Shown here one piece after another: positions 49,779-58,414 of a stretch of DNA of 64,000 bases. The position numbers and the translations under genes were made by a program. The notes beneath the pieces were generated by a model. It was not told the origin of the DNA, made no database searches, and saw only the letters and a list, made by a program, of their open reading frames with translations. This DNA comes from Candidatus Hodarchaeota archaeon (GTDB lineage Archaea > Asgardarchaeota > Lokiarchaeia > Sigyniarchaeales > SOKP01), in assembly GCA_048887225.1 (NCBI GenBank), contig JBHLJY010000010.1, positions 1 through 64,000 on the forward strand, given 5' to 3'. The stretch's first letter is position 1. Each line of letters begins with the position of its first letter.

Positions 49779-51041
49779 TCAATTTTTAAACTCAGAGTCT
49801 GGAGGTATATCACAATCAACAAAAGCGTAGGCAAAGATTTTTGAGTTCTTTCCAATTTTCACTCCTGGCAATAATTTTGCACCAGATTCAATAATTACGT
49901 TTTTTCCAATTTCTACATTCCCAGTTCTAAAATTAGAGACAGTTCCCTCATGAGTAAGGATCGTTGCACCGCTTTTTATTACAACACCCTCTTCAATTGT
50001 AATTTTTTCAGGATAATATGTGTCAAAGTGAACGTTATCTTCGATTTTAACACTTTTTCCTATTTTAACTCCCGCTTTTCTTAAAAGTGTTTGTCTAAAA
50101 CTCTGACTTACTAATGGCGATTTTTGCCATTCGATATACATATTATTAAACATTGTCTTGAAATGGTCACCTTTCGGAAATATCAATTTGCTCATATAAT
50201 CATGTAGCGTAAAATCTAAGCTTTCAACTCTTCTTTTTGGTAATTTTCTATTTGCATTTTTTTCAATCTTAATGGAGCCATCAATTCCCTTCGCCATTGT
50301 ATTTTCTTTTAAATCCGATGTTAAAAAACCCGGAGTTAAAATAGAATTATCTCCCATTTGAGTGCCAGGTAAGACAATAGAACCAAAACCAATAAGACAA
50401 TTCTTTCCAATTTTAACTTCACCAACGTATAATTCCCCATCAATACATTCATGACAAAAAATTGAGGCACCCATTCCCATAACCACATTATCACCAATGT
50501 CAACTAACTCTGGAAAATAAGGATCTACAACATTGCTAGATGAAAGATAAACTTTTGAACCCAATTTTGCTCCCATACTTTTTAAATGATGAGCTTTGAT
50601 TTCTGGGAGCCCAACATACGAACTTATAATATTAAGGGCATCCTTTATTCTCCACATACTAATTTTCTCAGTCTTTTTATTATTATACTCTTTTAATTCT
50701 TCTGTAGTTGCTGGTCGAATTCTTCTTCCATTTTCACCATCACGGCTAAGAATTGAATTTTTATATAACTTTTCAATCAATTCTGCATGTATTTCTTTAA
50801 TGTAGGTTTTATCGTCTAAATTTCGTGGAAATTCACTTTCTTCTTCAGGATCAATCAATAATGGGTTATAAAATTCCATATTTTTGATTAATGGATACAT
50901 TTCCACAAGTTTTTTTAAACTAGGCGGGATCACTTTATCCACTTTTTTCTTCCATTGTCTTTGACGTCGTTCTTGTTCTTCTTTCCATTGTTGAAACTTT
51001 TTTTGTTGATCTTTGAACCAATCTTCAATTTTATTGAACAT
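49779..51041 (-). CDS. Acyltransferase-like protein with two hexapeptide (left-handed beta-helix) domains
   Basis: Duplicated G(A/V)K(L/I)G...DxYxPE...H-E...IGKN...LPG repeats; N-terminal charged helix. Confidence 0.82.
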   Translation of the reverse strand: MFNKIEDWFKDQQKKFQQWKEEQERRQRQWKKKVDKVIPPSLKKLVEMYPLIKNMEFYNPLLIDPEEESEFPRNLDDKTYIKEIHAELIEKLYKNSILSRDGENGRRIRPATTEELKEYNNKKTEKISMWRIKDALNIISSYVGLPEIKAHHLKSMGAKLGSKVYLSSSNVVDPYFPELVDIGDNVVMGMGASIFCHECIDGELYVGEVKIGKNCLIGFGSIVLPGTQMGDNSILTPGFLTSDLKENTMAKGIDGSIKIEKNANRKLPKRRVESLDFTLHDYMSKLIFPKGDHFKTMFNNMYIEWQKSPLVSQSFRQTLLRKAGVKIGKSVKIEDNVHFDTYYPEKITIEEGVVIKSGATILTHEGTVSNFRTGNVEIGKNVIIESGAKLLPGVKIGKNSKIFAYAFVDCDIPPDSEFKN

Positions 51042-51224
51042 TTTAAAAAGTATATTCCCTCATTTTTAATCTATATTCTATAATATCAAATAATTTTTAA
51101 ATAGTGAAATTAAAAGTTAGCGAAATAATAAAAAAATACGGAAATAAAAAATATAAAATAGAAAACTATACTAAAAACAAAAAAAAGGAAATTTAATAGT
51201 TTAATTTAAATCTTTACTTAGAAT

Positions 51225-51344
51225 TTAGACCACTATTCCATATGCTACTCCTAATACGGTGATTACTATAACTACTGTGAGAATTAGAAAGAGAATTATC
51301 CAGATAATAAACAGTATTATTATTAAAGCGAGAAGATTAAACAT
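51225..51344 (-). CDS. Unannotated 39-aa hydrophobic microprotein MFNLLALIIILFIIWIILFLILTVVIVITVLGVAYGIVV
   Basis: Hand-translated ATG 51344 to TAA 51225; fills an intergenic gap; no charged residues. Confidence 0.55.
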   Translation of the reverse strand: MFNLLALIIILFIIWIILFLILTVVIVITVLGVAYGIVV

Positions 51345-51405
51345 TTATTGATAAAATTAAATAATCCTTAAACTAATATGATAATTAATTCAAATTAAGA
51401 AGTAA

Positions 51406-51639
51406 GTGAAAATAGAAAAAATGCAATATTGTATAAATTGTGGAGAAGTAATTTCGGAACATCAATTTGATAATTTTAACGGGATGTGTTCTGCTTGTAT
51501 TCGCCTGAATTTAAGCCGAAAAAGGTCGCTCTCAGATAATATGTCGGTGTCTAAATTTCTTTTAATTGTCTCAATTGTAATTCTTTTATTAGTTATATCA
51601 GGAATTATTATAGGCATTCTTTTTGTTCTCATGTCCTAA
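51406..51639 (+). CDS. Small zinc-finger protein with C-terminal TM anchor
   Basis: YCINCG...MCSAC followed by a hydrophobic C-terminal helix. Confidence 0.65.
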   Translation: MKIEKMQYCINCGEVISEHQFDNFNGMCSACIRLNLSRKRSLSDNMSVSKFLLIVSIVILLLVISGIIIGILFVLMS

Positions 51640-51709
51640 TAATTCAATCAATTCAAGAATCTCTAAAAAGTTATATGATCATATTAGATTTATAATTTTT
51701 TTAGATAGA

Positions 51710-52603
51710 TTACTCAATTAATAGTTCTTTGATTTTCTTTCTTGAATTTTCTATATCCAATAGAGCAGAAGAATTAGTAATGCTCAAAAGATCTGCCCAA
51801 ATATTTAACTCTTGAGAATTATATTCTGAGATCTCTTTAGTCTCCCTTAAATCCTTATAATAGGGCTCCATTTTTTTTACTTGGAATTGATTAGCTCCAC
51901 CATTCTTTCTCAAATTATTATAGCCTTCGATAGAAATTCCCGATTTATGTTTTTTATAATCATTTATTACAAAATAATTATTCCATAATTTATTATCAAT
52001 AGGCGGGACAACTAAGATTGGAATATTTCTATTTAATTTTCCATGAAGATTATCTCTTAGATAGTCTCCTACTGAAGCTTCAAAACCAAATATAGATATA
52101 AAGATAATTTGTGGGATTATCTTAGAATACTGTTTAAGCTCTTTTTTATGCAGTAATTGAGTAAATTTCTTCACTTCACCAGTTAATTTAAGCATCTGAA
52201 TTAATTTTAATGGTTGTATTTTCTTATTTGTAAAAATAAAGGTAATTTTTAGATTACTATTTTCTTTTTCGACCTCATCAGAATATTGATCTTCGATTCT
52301 AATTTTATCATTTAGTTTTTCAAAATAATTTCTTGAACTCTTAGAAATAGAATTAGAAATCTGTTCTTCAACTTCGTTTATAATTAAATCAGCAATTCGT
52401 TGCTGAAATGCATTATTAAATGCAAAATTGTGATTTCTAAATATCCTTATAGAATTATTTTTTGAGATAATAATTTTACTCTCGATTAAATCTATGTAAG
52501 GGCTATATATTTTCTGCCATATCTCCCCTGAACCGTCCATTTCTAATAATGAGAAAGGATAATTTCTCAAAATATTAGATTTACTTTCTGTATGTATTGT
52601 CAT
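51710..52603 (-). CDS. Hypothetical protein
   Basis: 297-aa ORF; no recognised motif. Confidence 0.55.
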   Translation of the reverse strand: MTIHTESKSNILRNYPFSLLEMDGSGEIWQKIYSPYIDLIESKIIISKNNSIRIFRNHNFAFNNAFQQRIADLIINEVEEQISNSISKSSRNYFEKLNDKIRIEDQYSDEVEKENSNLKITFIFTNKKIQPLKLIQMLKLTGEVKKFTQLLHKKELKQYSKIIPQIIFISIFGFEASVGDYLRDNLHGKLNRNIPILVVPPIDNKLWNNYFVINDYKKHKSGISIEGYNNLRKNGGANQFQVKKMEPYYKDLRETKEISEYNSQELNIWADLLSITNSSALLDIENSRKKIKELLIE

Positions 52604-52695
52604 TTGTTTTACACATCTTTTTAAATTTTAGAATGTTTTTTTCTGGTTAAACAAATCTAAATTATTTTTGGATTTAATTCTTTAATCAATCCTTC

Positions 52696-52938
52696 TTAAC
52701 CATAATTAACAATATATATAGAATTTGTTAAATTAAATTTTTCAATTCTAATATTGTTTATTGATCCTTCCTTCCTTGAATCTTGGAGTGGTGTTTTGAT
52801 AACAAATTTTATATCGTTTAAATATAAGTTATCATAAAAAATTCCATTATTCTTATTAAAATCAACAAATTTACTTAAATGGTTCTCTAAAATTCTCAAA
52901 CTTCTCTTCTCATTATTTTGGTTAAATCTACTACACAT
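52696..52938 (-). CDS. Hypothetical small protein or gene fragment
   Basis: 80-aa ORF co-oriented with 51710..52603. Confidence 0.3.
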   Translation of the reverse strand: MCSRFNQNNEKRSLRILENHLSKFVDFNKNNGIFYDNLYLNDIKFVIKTPLQDSRKEGSINNIRIEKFNLTNSIYIVNYG

Positions 52939-53446
52939 TGTTTTATTTATATTCCTTGAAACACCAATAAATTAAATCTCATAATATCTTAAATTTCAAA
53001 TGACTACTGTCAAAAAAGCCATAAGATATTTGTCACTTTCATTGTCGAAATAATTAAGAACGACAATGCTACAAGAGATTCGATTTAAGAAAAAATCTTA
53101 AACTTAAAAATTTTAAGGATCTCAAATTTTTTTTGTGTCTGTATTAATAGTAGTAATAATGATATTTATAATTAACGCTAAATAGTTCTAATTTATTAAA
53201 ACTCAGCAGACCTAAATTTTTTTTTATTAAAATTTAAAAGCTGAAATTTTTTTAAGTTTAACCTCTCAAAATCCCCATCTTTAAATAATATCTCTATTTT
53301 CTTACTTAGATTTATAGTCTGGAATAATATCTAAAAGAAAAGATCCCCAAGATTCTGTAAATCAAATCATATTATAATTTATAATAAGTAAAACTTATAC
53401 CATTGAAATTTTATTTTATTATTGAAAAAGAAATAAAATCTAGACT

Positions 53447-54457
53447 ATGATAGAGAAATTTTTAGTTATATCTTATTTTGATATGCACATAGGGCCTAAT
53501 ATCCTTTACAGTAATTCAGATTTTAGTAATGTCTATGAATTTCCTGATTTAACGAAAATATTGGATTTTATTGATGAGGATGGTACTTTTTTATTTTCTT
53601 TTAGAAAATTTCAAACTATTAATACTGTTTTTTATATGAAATCTGACAATGCAAGGGGAGGAAAAGATCTACTTATGATTTCTTGTGTAATCCAAGCCTC
53701 ATATTTTAAAAATGAACTAACTGATATTCTTCAATACTTAGAATCAAAGAAACCTCTTTTGGAAAAATTTGTAGCTGAATTGAAAGCACTCCCGAATTTT
53801 AACTTAGTTCTACACAAATATAAAAAAAATCCGACCATAAAGCAATTTACAGAATATTGTGAAAAAGAAAAAGTAGATTTTTTTTCTATTTATGATAGAT
53901 TTTTTGATCTAATTTACCCAGAATCTGAAATCAGAATCATCACCCAAGATATTAATCTTCAAAAAAAAATTTTACTATTAGGACCTAAAGGTTCTGGTAA
54001 AGATACATTTTTAAGATCCATTGAAGCGCTCCAATTTTATAGTCAAAGCAAATTAGATATTCCCACTAGGATTCTAGGTATAATAATTGATAATATTATT
54101 TTGTCTAATACATTTGAATTTTTAAATGGCAAAGTCGGATTAGATATCGCTCAAGCGGTAATTTTTCTTATTAAAAATATCGATAAAATTACCTGTAATG
54201 AAGTCAATTCATTAATAGAAAAATTTATTTCTTCCTATTCAAGCCAGAAGTTTGGAAAAGTTCCGCTTTTAATTATAAATAATGTCTTTAAAGATAAGAC
54301 ACCTTTAAGAGAAAAAGAGATAAAAAAAAATATTTCTATCCTTAAAAGATTAAAAAAAGAAAAAATTCCAATTAAATATTATTCACTAAATGTTTTTAAA
54401 AAAGACCCGAAATTATTAGAACCTTTAAAGTGGTTAATTAAAGAGATTTTTACTTAA
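53447..54457 (+). CDS. Longin/uDENN-like domain fused to a degenerate P-loop GTPase domain
   Basis: YFDMHIGPNIL and SDNARGGKDLLMIS; GPKGSGKDT P-loop; no DxxG or NKxD. Confidence 0.68.
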   Translation: MIEKFLVISYFDMHIGPNILYSNSDFSNVYEFPDLTKILDFIDEDGTFLFSFRKFQTINTVFYMKSDNARGGKDLLMISCVIQASYFKNELTDILQYLESKKPLLEKFVAELKALPNFNLVLHKYKKNPTIKQFTEYCEKEKVDFFSIYDRFFDLIYPESEIRIITQDINLQKKILLLGPKGSGKDTFLRSIEALQFYSQSKLDIPTRILGIIIDNIILSNTFEFLNGKVGLDIAQAVIFLIKNIDKITCNEVNSLIEKFISSYSSQKFGKVPLLIINNVFKDKTPLREKEIKKNISILKRLKKEKIPIKYYSLNVFKKDPKLLEPLKWLIKEIFT

Positions 54458-54864
54458 TCATTATTATTTTTCAAAAGAGGAAATGCTAGAGCCATTGTAT
54501 CAGTGATTTTAATTAAAAAAAGCAAAATTTTCCAGAGCTAGCTGAAGTTATTATAAACTTTATCAAAAACAATCCATAATTGGAATATTACTTTTTTTGC
54601 TTTAGAAAATAAATTTGGATATTTGGAAGTTAAAATCTATATGGTAGTAAATTATTTGAATTTGTACCTACATTTATAAAAAGGATTTTAATATTTTCGA
54701 GATTAAATAAAAGAAATAGAATTATCATTTCAAAAAAATCATAAAGATACTCTTTAAATTTATTCATTATTCAAAAATTGCGTTAATAATATATAAATCA
54801 AGACTCAGTTAAGAAAAACTGAATTATTCAGTATTGAACATTGGATATTAAAGATATAATTGAC

Positions 54865-56355
54865 TTATTCGCTCCCTCCCTCTGTATTGTGTAATTTATT
54901 TGATAATTCTCGTTTTTGAGCTTCTAATTCTTTTATTTTATTTGATAATTCTTGTTTTTGAGTTTCTAATTCTTTTATTTTATTATTTAAAGAATTAATA
55001 GAACTTTCCAAGTGGGATGTATTTGAGGTTAAATTGGATAAAAAAGTCTGAGTTTCATTTTGTAAATCACTAAATTTTTTTGTTAAAATCTCGATTTGTT
55101 CTTTAATATTTTCTCTAAATTTTTCTTGAAATCCTTTTAATTTGTCTGAAGTTAACTTTTCTATTGATTTTATTTTTTCAGATAAATTTTCTAAAGATAA
55201 ATGTTGTTGATCTAAATTTTCTGAAGATCTAACGTTTTTATTAGTCATTTCTGTTAAAATCTTTGAATTTTCATCTAAAATTTGCACAATTTTATTTAGT
55301 GAAATTTTAATCTTTTCTTTAAATAATTCATTTATCTTTAGAGGAAGTTCTTCTTTTAATTTAACCATCAAATTTTCAATATCTTCTCGATCTTTATCAA
55401 AAGTTTCAAATCGATCATCTATATAGACTTCAAGCTCATTTAGCTTATCTATTAATGAAAATTTAAAATTATTCTGAATAGTATCAAGCCCTTGTTTTAA
55501 GCTGTCTTTTAACTCTATTAAATCACCTCTTATTTGTAAATTATTCTCCATCGTAATTTTTATAATTTCCTGACTCCAAGAGTTAAAATAATTTATTAGT
55601 GGTTCAATTGAAAATTGTAAAAAATTTGAAATCCCATTATATAAAGCTGAGAATATTTCTTTTAGTTTTAATTCGGGTTTGGCTGCTAATAATTCGCTTT
55701 TGTCAGGAAAGAAAATTTCGCCAAAAAGATCCGGAGTTTCATTGATTTCTAAAATTGGTGGCTCTTGGGAGTGAATAATATTTATTAATTCCATTAATTT
55801 AATGTAAAACTCCATATTATCGGGATGTTCTACTCTTGTTTCTACTTCGTGATATTTTGATTTTGAACCCTTCGAAGGATCGTCAAGTCTGAAAGTTCTA
55901 AAACCCAAATCTTCTGGATTTTCTAAATAAGTATGATCAAAAACAATCCCGATGGCGCTTGGATTTGGAGTTTGCCAACCAAGTTGATTGAGAATATCTG
56001 TTCCTGAAAAAAATATTTGTAAGCCAGGGTGGCTATGATACCAACCTACTGTAAACCAATTTTTCTCGGCAAACTCTTCATCCACTTGAGCAAAAGTTAT
56101 ATAATCTTCAGGTGCAAATGCAACTTCAATCGACCCTCCATGTGAAATCGGAACAGCTTCTTCAACAATAACATTTTTTATTACTCCTTCGCCTTCAAGA
56201 TGCCCAATTAACATACCCATTACTTCTCTATATTGTCTAGGATCTCTCGCTCTATTACCAAAACGTAGAGTATGAACTAACATTTTGTAATATGCTAACG
56301 GTTTGATCACAACTATTTCATTAGTATCATTTAGCTTTGAACGGCTTTTACTCAA
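54865..56355 (-). CDS. MPN+/JAMM metalloprotease (Rpn11/CSN5-like) + long coiled coil
   Basis: EVMGML...VGWYHSHPGLQIFFSGTD intact JAMM; FRL; heptad-rich C-terminus. Confidence 0.9.
   Translation of the reverse strand: MSKSRSKLNDTNEIVVIKPLAYYKMLVHTLRFGNRARDPRQYREVMGMLIGHLEGEGVIKNVIVEEAVPISHGGSIEVAFAPEDYITFAQVDEEFAEKNWFTVGWYHSHPGLQIFFSGTDILNQLGWQTPNPSAIGIVFDHTYLENPEDLGFRTFRLDDPSKGSKSKYHEVETRVEHPDNMEFYIKLMELINIIHSQEPPILEINETPDLFGEIFFPDKSELLAAKPELKLKEIFSALYNGISNFLQFSIEPLINYFNSWSQEIIKITMENNLQIRGDLIELKDSLKQGLDTIQNNFKFSLIDKLNELEVYIDDRFETFDKDREDIENLMVKLKEELPLKINELFKEKIKISLNKIVQILDENSKILTEMTNKNVRSSENLDQQHLSLENLSEKIKSIEKLTSDKLKGFQEKFRENIKEQIEILTKKFSDLQNETQTFLSNLTSNTSHLESSINSLNNKIKELETQKQELSNKIKELEAQKRELSNKLHNTEGGSE
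54897..54985 (-). repeat. 42-bp tandem repeat (~2.1 copies) extending the coiled coil
   Basis: NKIKELETQKQELS / NKIKELEAQKRELS, near-identical at the DNA level. Confidence 0.85.
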
Positions 56356-56478
56356 ATATATTCACTTTTTTTGAAATATAGATTTGTTAATTCTTAATAT
56401 TATTAATATAATTTAACTGATTTAAATTTTCAATATAACTATTTGAAGAATAAAAAAGAGTAAAATTAATCGCTAATA

Positions 56479-57165
56479 CTAATGCTCATGAGGTAATGGC
56501 TTTCCGCAAAAAGGGCAAAATTTGAAGTCTATATCTTTCCCGCAATATGGACAGAATTTAGATATTTCTTCCGCGACCTCTTCTGAAGGTGTCTCCACAG
56601 ATACTTCTTCTTTCGGAGGGGCTCCTGGAATTGTGGGTAATTGTCGTTTTGTTTTCATTGTAGGTGCTGATACTTTTTCTTCCTTTGCTCTCTCAGCTGC
56701 CACCCTTTCTTTGAAAGCTATGCGCTGTTCTTCAATCATATCCTCTTGAGTTTTCTCACCTTCTTGCTTAACCCAACCAGGACCTTTAGAAGGTCGTTTT
56801 ATCTCGCTTTCGGGAACTTTTTCTAATTCAACCTCTTTTGTTTCAGCAATGGGTACCTTTGCTTTTTTCTCTTGTTTTCTCTCAAGTGCCTGTTTTACCA
56901 AGGCTTGTGAGGTCTTCATAATTTGATGAGGATTAATGTTAGGTATCATTACAGTTCTTAATACCCAGCCAACAAGGTAATTCTGATTTGGATATTCCCT
57001 TTCTGCTGCTAATTCTGTGTCTTTAAATACATATGAATCAATCACATCTTTACCTTTTAGAATTCGGGAGGCCCATTTATTATTAATCAAACCAAGTTGC
57101 AATCGATAAGATGTCCCGGCTATTCCAAGCTGACCAGTTAATGGAATAAAACCTTGTTCAGTCAA
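56479..57165 (-). CDS. Hypothetical protein: N-terminal globular domain, charged disordered linker, C-terminal double zinc ribbon
   Basis: FCPYCG...FCPFCG; E/K/P-rich middle. Confidence 0.75.
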   Translation of the reverse strand: MTEQGFIPLTGQLGIAGTSYRLQLGLINNKWASRILKGKDVIDSYVFKDTELAAEREYPNQNYLVGWVLRTVMIPNINPHQIMKTSQALVKQALERKQEKKAKVPIAETKEVELEKVPESEIKRPSKGPGWVKQEGEKTQEDMIEEQRIAFKERVAAERAKEEKVSAPTMKTKRQLPTIPGAPPKEEVSVETPSEEVAEEISKFCPYCGKDIDFKFCPFCGKPLPHEH

Positions 57166-57357
57166 ATTAAATCACACTTTTTTTATATGAATAAAAATCC
57201 TATTTTCAACTGGAATTTGTTATAATTTGAATTATAATTATGATAATAATATAATTTTAATAATTAAATAATTTTATATTCAAGAAAAAACATAAATAAA
57301 AAAAATATTATTATGAGTAAAAAAGCTTATAAAAATAAAAAAAACATCCATTAAAAA

Positions 57358-58314
57358 ATGACCGTTATTATTCCAAAAAAGGCTTATTTAACTGTTGTAG
57401 CAGCTTCTATTAGATATGCTAACGCTAAGATTCCTTTTGATGATTGGTTAGAAATTTATGGTATTTTTACTGGAAAGACTTCCAAAGATGGTGAAGATTT
57501 AATAATTACAGAAGCATATAATATAACACATCAAGTTAGAAAGGAAGAGGATATAATAGACAAAGTATTTTGGTCTGACGAAGATTATATTTCATTTAGC
57601 ATAATTGACGACGAAGCTTTTTCAAAAGGTGAATATACTGTAGGATGGTTTCATTCTCATCCAGGTCATAGAGTTATGATGACTAGTTTGGATATTCGTA
57701 CTACAGCAACTTATCAAAAATTTAATCCTCTCGCAATATCCCTTGTATTTAATCCTGAACGATTAATTAAACAACGTGAACCAGCAGTAAAAAGAGGAGA
57801 TCCAGATATTAAATTAAAAAACGATCCTGGGTTTAAGATTTTTAGTTTAGATGATCCTGAAATGCTTGATTCAAATTATCACGAAGTAAATGATTATAGG
57901 ATTGAGGGATTTGAAAGCATGGAACAATTAGTTGAGAAATCTCAAAAATTTGCCTTGGATATAACTAATCTCTTTCCGAAAGATGATATTATTAAAAGCT
58001 ATAAGAAGTTCGTAAAAAGTAATATAAAGCAGTTAAATTCATTATTAATGGGAACTGAAGAATATTTGAAAACATTGGCATTAAAAGGTGAAAAGAGTAG
58101 GATTCCTGAAGTTTTAGAAACACAAGGAAAAGATATTAAAAAATTTGTAGCTGAAACATTCATGAAAATAGAAAATATAAAAGATTTCATGGATTATCTT
58201 GAATATAAAGAAAGAGAGGCTATAATTCCAAAAGTAAATGATGTCTTATCTAGATGGGATGATGCTATTTCTAATTTGGATCATCAATTAAACGAATTAT
58301 CAAGAAAATTTTAA
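57358..58314 (+). CDS. MPN+/JAMM protein with helical C-terminus
   Basis: EIYG...VGWFHSHPGHRVMMTSLD (Thr in place of Ser). Confidence 0.85.
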   Translation: MTVIIPKKAYLTVVAASIRYANAKIPFDDWLEIYGIFTGKTSKDGEDLIITEAYNITHQVRKEEDIIDKVFWSDEDYISFSIIDDEAFSKGEYTVGWFHSHPGHRVMMTSLDIRTTATYQKFNPLAISLVFNPERLIKQREPAVKRGDPDIKLKNDPGFKIFSLDDPEMLDSNYHEVNDYRIEGFESMEQLVEKSQKFALDITNLFPKDDIIKSYKKFVKSNIKQLNSLLMGTEEYLKTLALKGEKSRIPEVLETQGKDIKKFVAETFMKIENIKDFMDYLEYKEREAIIPKVNDVLSRWDDAISNLDHQLNELSRKF

Positions 58315-58414
58315 TATTTTGCGTATTGATAATAATATTATTGATAGTTGGTTTGTATCCAAAATTTTTTAATTTCTTTTATTTTACTAAAGTTAAAAGT
58401 TTCTTAGACTTATA

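Noticed and set aside
49504-49830. ORF 49627-49830 (+) and a 31-codon ORF 49504-49599 (-)
   Set aside because: The first starts inside the dispersed repeat and runs through a poly-A tract; the second has no motif or support beyond overlapping the next start
48986-53400. Possible provirus or mobile element between the MPN paralogs
   Set aside because: Hypothetical genes only; no integrase, transposase, terminal repeats or viral hallmark recognised
1325-58190. Many short ORFs in the track antisense to or nested in longer genes (e.g. 2869-3213, 3581-3898, 13913-14224, 27850-28212, 50596-50805)
   Set aside because: Shadow frames of well-supported genes with no motifs of their own
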